This document shows, one piece after another, positions 1 to 11,087 of a stretch of DNA of 64,000 nt; the stretch's first letter is position 1, and the number at the start of each line of letters is the position of its first letter. The notes under the pieces were generated by a model. The model made no database searches, was not told where the DNA came from, and saw only the letters and a program-made list of their open reading frames with translations. A program made the translations under genes and the position numbers. The stretch is from Octopus bimaculoides (Eukaryota): the NCBI RefSeq assembly GCF_001194135.2, contig NC_069005.1, positions 690,521-754,520 on the forward strand, written 5' to 3'.

Positions 1-692
1 AGTCAGATTTAGAGATAAAATGTCAAAATGTTGATTGGGTATTTGGAAAGAATTTTAGACAACAAAATATTGGTCATTTGACAAAATCTCAGAACCGTAG
101 ACTCTAAGATGTAAAATATGTCCTACACAAACTCATCTTCAGATCAAAACAGTAAAACTGAAATGTTCTGGAATGTTTTTTTTTTATGTTTTTTGGTTTT
201 AGTTTTATTTCTTTATGACTTTGTAGTTTTGTGGTGGTTTTTTTGTGTCATATGTTTTATTCAATATCTAAATGGTGTATTCATTGTGGCTAATATTATT
301 ATTATCATTGATAAACCAACAGGAATTTGAGCTTTAATAATTCAGATTCACCTCATTTCAAATCCTGTGAATTTCATTGTCACGACTTCAAGAATTGTAC
401 ATTTTTTTTTCTGTTTTGTCAACAAGTTCATCTCTAATGCCAAACTGAATTCTATCACCTCTGCATACCATTCAAAGTTGAGTGTTGATAGGCTATAAGT
501 GTGCTAAATCAAAGTAATATTGCATCTAAAGTCTTTTATAAGATTAAAGCCAGGATTAAGATGGATTTGGAGATAAAATACCCAATTGTCAATTGAGGAA
601 AGAATGCTTGACCACAAAATATTTGATCAAATCTTATGGTGATTTGATCAAATTGCCAGATTTGAATCCAACCAATACAGTAGATAACTCAC

Positions 693-2310
693 CTGTAGCA
701 AGTGTATCAAATGAAGATTACTGTTGATCCCTGGATGGTTGAAAGTATTTGTTTTGTCCAATGATGAGGGACGAATCAGTCCAGACAAATTATGGCATGG
801 AGTAAGAGATGAAGTCCAATTGAAAATGGCTGAATTAGTTTATATTGTAGTGTTTTCTTGTTTTAAAAAGTAATTTTAATGGAAAGAAGTAAAGTAAGAG
901 GAACAAGACAGCGAAAGCAAAATATGTCTTTAACTGCAGGAGAGAGAGAGAGAGAGAGAGAGGCACCAGTTTCACTGCAGAAAGAATTCTGCTGCATGTA
1001 GAGACTGTTCCCTGTGCACTCATTGCACTTACTGGCAACTCCTGCTTCCAGAAAACGAAGCGAGGACTCTACACACAAATGGTATTCTCTTCGTTTCCCA
1101 TCTCTTCTGCTGCCTCAGCTCATAGACTCACATATAGACATTAGTTTCAGTATCACAAATCATGTAACTCTAGGCAAATAACATACACAATTGTAATTTT
1201 AAATGTCATTTCTTTTTAACGCTGCCTTGTCCAATGAACTGAGGCTATGGTACCATGTGGCCTTAAACCCTGGCCACCAAAATCTAAGAAACGTTCAGTC
1301 AAAATTTTGATGGAAAACTTACAAAGAATGGCAATCTCTTATTTTTAGTAGAAAAGGTCTTTTTTCTTATTGTTTCAAGTCAAACTTCTGATTGTTTATG
1401 TTTTGAAAATGTAGTTAAAAACCCCAGTTTTTATTGGAATATATCCTACATTGGCGATGAGTTCCTGGCAACGAGAATAAACCATGTCTAATCCTCTTTC
1501 ATAGCCCATCAAATGTTTGTCAAAATTCAGCTGATGTTAAACAGGAGTTTCACCTGACACCTTCAGGTATTCGATGATAATAATAATAATAACAACAACA
1601 ACAACAACAACAATGAGTAGAACTTGATATTCTAAGATAGAAGAAAGATGTTTGACTTGTACTCTTTTGCTTTTGTATCTGGATGCATGGGACGAAGCAC
1701 ACATTAACACAGGCTGCTGCACATTTTGCATAACAACACCAACACGTGCTTCTTTGTTGCTACTAACATATTTTACATTGAAATGCATACACAGCTGTCT
1801 GTGTACACACCATCATAAACGCATACTTTATACACACACACCTGTTTGGGAGACCAATTACCAAATTATTATTTAGTGATTTTAGAAAGAATTCTTTCCT
1901 TATGTTCACCCTTTTGATGCCAACCCACCAGTGACCACTTCTGGTTCTCTAATCCAAATTAAAATATTCCATTAAAATTTCATGTTAATTTGTTCCAAAC
2001 ACCAGCTTAAATAATGACAAAGCTATTAAATTCTCCGTTATTTTCCAAATTAATTGAAACAAACTGAGATCATTTCAAGAGAAATATTGTAACAAAAGGG
2101 CATCTTTTTTGTGTGTTTGTATAAGGGAGCATATGGTGGTTAGACCGCCATTGATGTGTTGATTGTTTGATATATTTTGAAAGCATAAAATTTGTCTTAC
2201 TTTGAAGTCACTGGACTCCCAGACAGGAGTCTCTCCTTCTCGTCTTTGGTGAAGTTTGGCTTGAGAGCCTCCAGCTTTTTATTCTCTGACATGTTCATTG
2301 TTTGGCTGAA
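693..2310 (-). other. Possible spliced minus-strand transcript of unknown product (candidate exons about 2310-2201, 1069-1033, 830-693)
   Basis: Strong minus-strand donors (GTAAG at 2200-2196, GTAAG at 1032-1028, GTGAG at 692-688). Open frames MNMSENKKLEALKPNFTKDEKERLLSGSPVTSK, SSLRFLEAGVA and IFNWTSSLTPCHNLSGLIRP...HLLQ. No protein family recognised and the exon chain could not be closed. Confidence 0.25.
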
Positions 2311-4060
2311 TGGTCAAGTTTTGCTTTGCATCCATGAGTTCCCTGGATCAATCTCAGTGCATGGCATCCTGAACAAGTGTCGTTTCCTCCTATCAGGTTG
2401 ACCCATAACTTTGGGAGTGAAATTGGGCTGATGGAAACTGTTCTAAAGCCCATTGGGGGGATTTTAGCTGGAATTCAAAAGGTATGGCTCTGTGTCATGT
2501 TGATTCTGCCTGACAATTTCCATTGAGGATACTCGCGTGTCTGTGGTATATCCAGCCAGTTTGCACCTTAATTCAAGGGCAGGTAATTCAGTCAAACAAT
2601 TGAATACTCAAATGGAGAGCTGTCATTCTAGGTTTGACAACATGCGTAGCAATAAATATTGCCTATAGAGAGTCAGAAAACTTCTATAAACTGAGATTAT
2701 TTTAGCAATTGGTAGACAAAAACTCCCTCTTGAAGTGCTTAACATTTAAAGCAAACAAACAAGGGGAATAACTTCAATAAATTAAAATTGAAATTTTTGG
2801 AACCAGCATAGGAAGTGGACGGGTGTGCTTTTTTGAGGCAATTGGTGGGAGGTAGATGTTTCAGTCTTATTAGATCTCCTCAGCAGAGCATATTCTACTT
2901 GTTTATATAAAAATAGTTTGGTTTTGTGTGTAAATGTGTATTTTTTAGTGTTTTATTAGGTTTTTATTTTTTCATTAAAGCTTTTGTTCTTTTTATTTGT
3001 TTTTTTTTGTAAACTTTTATTTTTGTTTATGTCTTCAAATGACAATAACAACCACAGAGGTTTGTGTGGACATCGTCCGTATTATAAATATATTTTTTTA
3101 AGAGTATTTTCTGAGACCAACAAGGACCATGGCAAGTGAGAGGCAGCTTCTATATGGTTGCCTTACATGCTTGAAACAACAGCCAAGTCTTCCTAAACTC
3201 AAACCCTGTCATCTTAATTAAACAAGGGGAAGGACACATTGAACAGTATAGTCCCAGATACCCCTAAAAACATGGGATGGCCGTTGTTTCAGGGACCCTT
3301 TCACCACAGGCTTGCTTACCTTTAATTTATGCAGCTATTTACATATCAGTACATTTGTTAGCATTATATATATATATCATCATCATCATCAATATCTAAC
3401 ATCTGTTTTCCATGCTGGCATGGGTTGGAAGGCTTCACAAGAACTGGCAAGGCCAAAGGCTGCACCAGGTTCCATGGTCTGTTTTGGTTTGGTTTCTATA
3501 GCTGGATTCCCTTCCTAAAAGAGTGTACTGGGTGCTTTTTACATGGCACCAACACTTTTATGTGACACCTCAGTTTTAGGATCACATTCTGGTGTGGTGG
3601 GCAGGTCTTCTGTTAACTGATATTTGTGCATAAGTCATAAATTTGTATGTATAAAAAAAAAGCAATTAGCCTGGCTGTTTAAGCCACATACATTCCAATG
3701 TTTGTAATTGTGTGTGTATACATACAAGCTGCGTCCATGTATTGGCCAATTAATACCAGATAATGTGGTAAATGAACAAAATCACTGCCAATTCTTCAGG
3801 GATGTTGGAACACGTGGGAGGGGGGGCAATGATCGAGTTGGTTTCTTCTCCTGGAGCTAACAACATTACGCAAACAGTCTTCTATTTGTATGTCCCCCTC
3901 CCTCCCTGTCCTGCATAGTTCCTGGCCTCTCTCTCTGGTTGTTCATTACTGTCACCCATGTTCTTCATCTCTCTCTCTTTCTCTCTAAATTTCCAAAGAC
4001 AGATGTTCTTTGCTCTGTTTGTATTTCAAGATTTAATGTTTACTGCATGCTATATGCAAA

Positions 4061-4109
<49 letters not shown>

Positions 4110-5000
4110 TGAGCTGACTCTGTGTACTTACACCTATTTGTCTGCAGTGAGAAATTTTCTCCATCACAAAATACAGTGAAAGACTTCCTCATGAGCACAA
4201 ATATATCATGTCTGCTTATGTGTTTCTGGAGACTGAAAGAAGCCCATTGTATATGTAGGGGTGGTAGTGTTTAAATTGCAAGCTATGAGCCAGGTTGTTG
4301 TTGTCCTTGCTCCTTTCATGACTGAAGATGTGTGAAATAAGAAATCCCTTATTTGAAAAACTGATAAGGGTTAGAAACAGGAAGAGCATCCAACTATAAA
4401 ACAATGAAATATTCCTAATCCATGTCAGTGTAGAAAAATGAATGGATGTAAGATGAATACATGGCGTCATTTTACATGTTTCTATTTCTAAATATATGTT
4501 TGTCTGTCTTTAAACAATAAGTCTTTCTTAAGGTACGTGGACATCATGATGGGGAAGTGTATTTCATTTCAAGAGATTCATTATTTATGTTTTAAAGATT
4601 TCAAATATTTAGTTTTTGTTAAGAAAATCTTTGAGCTACGTTGCTTAATCAGTTTGCTGTTCCATTTTTTTTCTGATCCACCAAAGCAGATTAACACCAG
4701 CTACAGCCGAATATTTTTTTCCATTTTTCTTCTCCAATCAAAGATGGTTTGGTAAAATATTCTTCTTTGCTTGGTTTGTTTGTTTGATGCACCCCCCACT
4801 TACTAATACTAATATTTTGTTTTTTTTATTTTGATGTATTTTTGATTTAATGGATTTTAGTTTAAAAATTGGTATTTCTAAATTGTTTTACCATATATTT
4901 ATGTATATATATATGATGTATGTATAACCTGTGTGTGAATATCTAATATACACATTGAAATAATGTTTAAATATATTTTTGTATTTGAAGTTTGTGGCTC

Positions 5001-5205
5001 TTTACCCTGTTACCAGATCTCTGTTGAAATACACTTTTGATCCAATTAATTTTGAAAATAATTAAGAATTTAATAAATAATTATTAAGTTGGTGCTGGAA
5101 ACACGAAATTCTGATGGAAAGAAGTTCTGGTTCAGATCACTTAAAAACAGAAAGTATCAAAGATATCAGGGGTGGTCACATGTGGATTGATATCAAAAGA
5201 GTTAA
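5001..5205 (+). mobile_element. MITE-like ~200-bp dispersed repeat with TTAACCCT...AAGRGTTAA ends (representative copy)
   Basis: Shared core attaattttgaaaataat...attaagctggtgtttggaac...aaattttgatggaa. Other approximate copies at 1920-2100(-), 16800-16950(+), 30285-30480(+), 35198-35385(-), 53095-53297(+), 56950-57125(+), 62900-63060(-). No coding capacity. Confidence 0.65.
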
Positions 5206-6273
5206 CTTTAGTTTTTTCAACATGTATTTGTGTATACACATTACCTGTTGATTAGTTATTTCTATAAAGCAGGTGATTAGCTCATATTTTAATGCTGTTT
5301 TGCTATAATGACACAAATGTGTCCAAAGTCATGTGGGACATGGTACTGATGATAGCCAACTCGTTAGAAATACATTCACTGGTTCCATTAGAAGGTGTCT
5401 TGAAATGCCAATTGTGTTCAGTGAGAAATGTTCTCAACAGCAAATTGGTGAATCTGGCCTTTGTACAAATCAAATTACGTCCCAAACACTTTTGAACAGA
5501 TATGTTTGTTTACGAATATAGTTAATTATGTTAATGAACTGTTAATTAATCAGCCAACTCTAGAACACAGCTGCATTTGCCATTTTGGTAATTTAAAGTT
5601 CTTACAATGTCTTACAAACATAGATATTATATACTTGTGTATGTGACTTTATACATACATGTATGAATTCACGTCTGTATGATTCTATATATGTATTAAT
5701 ACATTTATCTAGCTATGTATATATATATATCATTCATTCATCATCATCATCGTTTAACGTCCGCTTTCCATGCTAGCATGGNNNNNNNNNNNNNNNNNNN
5801 NNNNNNNNNNNNNNNNNNNNNNNNNNNNNNNNNNNNNNNNNNNNNNNNNNNNNNNNNNNNNNNNNNNNNNNNNNNNNNNNNTAAATATATATAAATAGAT
5901 AAATACAAATAAAGACATATATATATATATATATAAAATAAATATATACAAATAAAGAAATATATAAATATAAATAAATATATATATAGATATGTATAAA
6001 TAAATATAGATATATATAAATATATATATAGATATATATAAATAGAAATATATAAATAAATAAATATATATAAATAAATAAATATATATTAATAGATATA
6101 TATAAATAAATAAATATATATAAATAAATATATATTTTGATACTTTCTCATTCGTCAAGTGTCGATTTAATTCTGTAGGAAATTGGTAAAGAGCCGACAG
6201 TATATGTAGACAAGTGTGTATACGCGTCAGTGGTATTACTTGTGTATAATACATCTTTTATTTTCCATCTCAG

Positions 6274-6492
6274 AACTTCGATCCGAAAGTGGTGATGGAG
6301 GAGGTGAAGATGCTGACTGCAACCGTAGAGAAGTTGGATAAGCGCATTGAAGAACTCGAGTCGAGGCTGGCAGCTCTTGAGAGCGATGAAGAAGAAGACC
6401 ACAACAACGACAATGATGATGAAGGAGATAATAATGATAAAGACGATGACGATGACAATGACGACAGCAAAGTTGATGACATGCCCAGCTAG
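6274..6492 (+). CDS. Terminal coding exon: short heptad coiled coil plus acidic tail, coronin-like C-terminus (tentative)
   Basis: Polypyrimidine acceptor ttttccatctcag at 6261-6273, then NFDPKVVMEEVKMLTATVEKLDKRIEELESRLAALE plus a D/E/N-rich tail and TAG. Regular a/d hydrophobic pattern and two R-h-x-x-h-E trimerisation motifs (RIEELE, RLAALE), as in coronin C-termini. No upstream exons were identified in 1-6270. Confidence 0.55.
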   Translation, partial: NFDPKVVMEEVKMLTATVEKLDKRIEELESRLAALESDEEEDHNNDNDDEGDNNDKDDDDDNDDSKVDDMPS

Positions 6493-7620
6493 ACTGTTTT
6501 TAATTAACTGCTAAATGCCATGACAATATATATATATATATATATATCTATAAAATATATATATAATATGTATGTGTGCATACATATATATATATATGTA
6601 CGTATATATATATATATATATATATGCACATNNNNNNNNNNNNNNNNNNNNNNNNNNNNNNNNNNNNNNNNNNNNNNNNNNNNNNNNNNNNNNNNNNNNN
6701 NNNNNNNNNNNNNNNNNNNNNNNNNNNNNNNNNNNNNNNNNNNNNNNNNNNNNNNNNNNNNNNNNNNNNNNNNNNNNNNNNNNNNNNNNNNNNNNNNNNN
6801 NNNNNNNNNNNNNNNNNNNNNNNNNNNNNNNAATGAGAAAAAAGACCCCCACCCTCCACCGATTGTAAAAAAAAAACAATTTATCAATGTCTATCTTTCT
6901 TTCCTTCCTTCTCGCCCATTATCTCATTAGACTGCTGTTATCTTTCTTCCTTATTTTCTTTTATGATACACATAGTCTTTATACACTATATATAATATAT
7001 ACACTCATGTATACACACACACAGAGACTTAACCAATTTACATGTATATATTGTATAAATATGCAACAAAGTTTAGGTCCACACTCAAGCACGTATGTAT
7101 ATCTGGATATAATACCAAAGGAGTGTGTGTATGTGTATATTAAATGTTTAATGTGTGTGTAATACATATATATGTTTGTATGTTTTACATAAAGTTCACA
7201 AATTTGAACTATCTTGTATAGCAACGAGACAAGTTTCAACATTTCAAATTTGCAAACTTTATTAAATGATCCTTTTTAATTTTTATATAGTTTTTCTTTT
7301 TATTTTCGTCTTTTCATTAATTAAGCACACACAATATTATTTGAAAACAAAACAAAAACCTACACAAGGGCAGACTAGATTTTACTTTAATTATTGTAAA
7401 ACCCCCAAGCATTATTCATTGACTGGTTCCCTTCCAGTTGCTCTTTTTCTTCTTTCTTTTTATTCATGAATGCAAGGATGGCTTCAACGTAAAAATCATC
7501 CCCAAAGAACAACCCTCATTCTATTGACAGTTTGTTTACAAAACTTCAAGATATGTACTTCACTCTCTCTCTCTCTCATTTATTTCAATGAAATAAATGT
7601 GTAGGAAACATGTAACCCTT

Positions 7621-7654
<34 letters not shown>

Positions 7655-8904
7655 GTATCTCTAAATGCATTGCACAGACTTTCATAAAACAGTGTCATTC
7701 GATATTTAAGTTGGTTTCATTGAAATCTTTTTGTTGAATAATTTAAAGTAGATTACATTGGAAACCATAAACCCTTCCTAGCAAGGAAGCTTCTAAATCG
7801 TTGCTTTACCTGCTCAATATAACAACCAATTTCTAAGCTATCCTCAAAATAAAGGTCATATTTTAGGTCCAAAANNNNNNNNNNNNNNNNNNNNNNNNNN
7901 NNNNNNNNNNNNNNNNNNNNNNNNNNNNNNNNNNNNNNNNNNNNNNNNNNNNNNNNNNNNNNNNNNNNNNNNNNNNNNNNNNNNNNNNNNNNNNNNNNNN
8001 NNNNNNNNNNNNNNNNNNNNNNNNNNNNNNNNNNNNNNNNNNNNNNNNNNNNNNNNNNNNNNNNNNNNNNNNNNNNNNNNNNNNNNNNNNNNNNNNNNNN
8101 NNNNNNNNNNNNNNNNNNNNNNNNNNNNNNNNNNNNNNNNNNNNNNNNNNNNNNNNNNNNNNNNNNNNNNNNNNNNNNNNNNNNNNNNNNNNNNNNNNNN
8201 NNNNNNNNNNNNNNNNNNNNNNNNNNNNNNNNNNNNNNNNNNNNNNNNNNNNNNNNNNNNNNNNNNNNNNNNNNNNNNNNNNNNNNNNNNNNNNNNNNNN
8301 NNNNNNNNNNNNNNNNNNNNNNNNNNNNNNNNNNNNNNNNNNNNNNNNNNNNNNNNNNNNNNNNNNNNNNNNNNNNNNNNNNNNNNNNNNNNNNNNNNNN
8401 NNNNNNNNNNNNNNNNNNNNNNNNNNNNNNNNNNNNNNNNNNNNNNNNNNNNNNNNNNNNNNNNNNNNNNNNNNNNNNNNNNNNNNNNNNNNNNNNNNNN
8501 NNNNNNNNNNNNNNNNNNNNNNNNNNNNNNNNNNNNNNNNNNNNNNNNNNNNNNNNNNNNNNNNNCTGACCAAAATATATACACACACACACATATATAC
8601 AAAAATACACGTCTGTTGGTGTAAAATAATCTTACCTACACCCAAAACAGAGAAAATTTGATACATCTGCCCCTCTTCACGACCATTTTTTAAAATATTT
8701 TTTTTTCTTTTGAAGAAATAATAAAAAAATATTTTCCTGGCTTTCAAAAGTTAGTTGATTCCATCAGTTTGTTCATTTAGCTAATTATGTTAATCAGTTA
8801 AACCTCTAACTCTACATTAATTACTTTGGTTTGGAAATACGATTTTAGATTTTACTTAAAAAAAAAAAAAAAAAACATTTTTTTTAAAGAATTTTTTGGG
8901 GTAA

Positions 8905-9255
8905 AGCATGGCTAAGGTTAAGAAGCTTGCTTTGCAACCAAAGGGTTTTGGGTTCAGTCCCACTGTATGGCACCTCGAGCAAGTGTTTTCTATATTACCA
9001 GGTTCGTTAATGCCTTTTGAGAAAATTTGGTAGGTGGAAACTGTGTTGAAGCTCCATTGTGTATGTATGTGTATATATGTATCCATACACCTACATGTGT
9101 GTGTTTATTCTCCGCACCACCTGCGTTAGTTTATTTACATGCCTGTAACAGTTCAATAGAATAAAGTACCAGGTTTAAGAGTCCTGGGGTCGATTTGTGC
9201 GACTAAATCATTCAAGGCAGTGCCCCAACATGGCCATGGTTCAATGATTTTAAGT
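8905..9255 (+). mobile_element. tRNA-derived SINE family 2 (representative copy)
   Basis: Head gcatggctaaggttaagaagcttgc...gggttcagtcccact, body ...ggtggaaactgtg, a (TG/TA)n spacer and a 3' aataaagtaccagg...ggggtcgatttg. Other approximate copies at 18720-18880(-), 19610-19740(-), 29500-29720(+), 31120-31260(-), 36860-36990(-), 41010-41160(-), 44840-45000(-), 45995-46140(+), 55200-55330(-). Confidence 0.8.
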
Positions 9256-9960
9256 TTAAAAAAAAAAAGCGAAACATGTTTAAAATTTGACTAAATTTGA
9301 AAACATTTTTCAAAAACAAATTTAAAAAAAAAAAAGCCAAACCCACACAGAAAGAAAAAAAAAAAACAAATTGTTATTTTTTTTGTTTTTAATGGTGAGG
9401 TGAAGTGAAGAATGAACCAAGTAGAACAGAAATCTGTTTCACTTTTTTGGTGGTGGGAGATTTCGGNNNNNNNNNNNNNNNNNNNNNNNNNNNNNNNNNN
9501 NNNNNNNNNNNNNNNNNNNNNNNNNNNNNNNNNNNNNNNNNNNNNNNNNNNNNNNNNNNNNNNNNNNNNNNNNNNNNNNNNNNNNNNNNNNNNNNNNNNN
9601 NNNNNNNNNNNNNNNNNNNNNNNNNNNNNNNNNNNNNNNNNNNNNNNNNNNNNNNNNNNNNNNNNNNNNNNNNNNNNNNNNNNNNNNNNNNNNNNNNNNN
9701 NNNNNNNNNNNNNNNNNNNNNNNNNNNNNNNNNNNNNNNNNNNNNNNNNNNNNNNNNNNNNNNNNNNNNNNNNNNNNNNNNNNNNNNNNNNNNNNNNNNN
9801 TCCACTGTTTTAACACATCATGTCCGTATGGAAACCTAAAGGAAAAAAGAGAGAGAACAAAAAACTTGATTGCATTATTCTATCATCTAACGAATAGAAA
9901 GATGTTGTTTTACGAATTTATTGTATGTTTCTGCAAATGTTTTCCCTCTTATATTCTTTT

Positions 9961-10174
9961 CTACTCTAGGCACAAGGCCCAAAATTTCTGGGGAGGGGGG
10001 GGAGGCAGTTGATTAGATTGACACCAGTACGCAACTGGTACTTAATTTATTGACTCCTGAAAGGATGGAAGGCAAAGTCAACCTCGGCAGAATTTGAACT
10101 CAGAACGTAAAGACAGATGAAATACCGGTAAGCATTTTCCCCGGCATGCTAACCATTCAGCCAGCTCGCTGCCT
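9961..10174 (-). mobile_element. tRNA-derived SINE family 1 (representative copy)
   Basis: Minus strand reads ggcagcgagctggctgaatggttagca (A box) ... ctgagttcaaatt (B box) ... ataaattaagtaccagttg body. Other approximate copies at 10600-10810(-), 27046-27231(+), 27465-27655(+), 34300-34510(-), 36570-36720(+), 37400-37610(-), and clusters in SETD6 introns. Confidence 0.85.
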
Positions 10175-11087
10175 TTCCCCGCCTGATATTAAAACGCTTC
10201 AGACAGAGTCCTGTAGCGTGAGAACAATCTGTCACATTGTGGAAAGGGGATGGTAAGAGATTCAAACAAAGGCTATTGGCACGCACACAGGTGACATCTT
10301 AAAAGTGGAATATACATGAAGTCAGCTTAATATTCAATTAAACACATCAACATTGACTGTAGCAAAGGTGTACTGGTCTAGTAGTTAAGCTGTTGTACTC
10401 ACACGGATAAGGTTGTGGTTTCAATTCTTGAACTGGGCAGAATGTTGTGTTCTTGAGCAAAACACTTCATTTCATGTTGCTCCAGAAATGAGTTTCAAAA
10501 ATAACTGGGAAGTTCACCCTGTGACAGACTAGCTTCCCGTTCAGTTGGGGACAGTTGTAATTACCATGGAAACAGGGTTAAATCACAGTCTTATGAAATG
10601 TAGGGGTTTCAAATTTTGGTTACAAGGCTAGCAATTTCGGTGGGGAGTGTTGATTATATATCCCCCACCCCACGCCCCAGTACTCGACTGGTACTTAATT
10701 TGTCGATCCTGAATGGATGAAAAGCAACTTTGGCAGAATCTGAACATAAAGATGGACAAAATGGTGCTAACCATTTGCCCCTCAGCATGCTATTGATTCT
10801 GCAAGCTCGGACCTACATATATTGCTCAAGGGTAGAGAATTGCTATGAAGTGAATTAGCAGAGGCCACGTGGAAGTGCAAGTTCAATGTCTTTCATGCAG
10901 ACGACTTTATTGATGATAAATCACTTTGTTACGTATGAAAAGAATTGCATTTGGTTAATGCTGGGAAAGCCAGGAACCAGGATATGATGGTTATGAATTT
11001 ATATGGAGAGAGGGGGGGGGGGAAGTAAAAGAAAAATGAGAGAAAGAATAAAAAGAGAACTTTTAGAAAATAAATCATTTTTTGCTT

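Noticed and set aside
9961-10174. tRNA genes suggested by A/B boxes
   Set aside because: These are heads of multi-copy tRNA-derived SINEs followed by non-tRNA bodies; no complete cloverleaf was seen.
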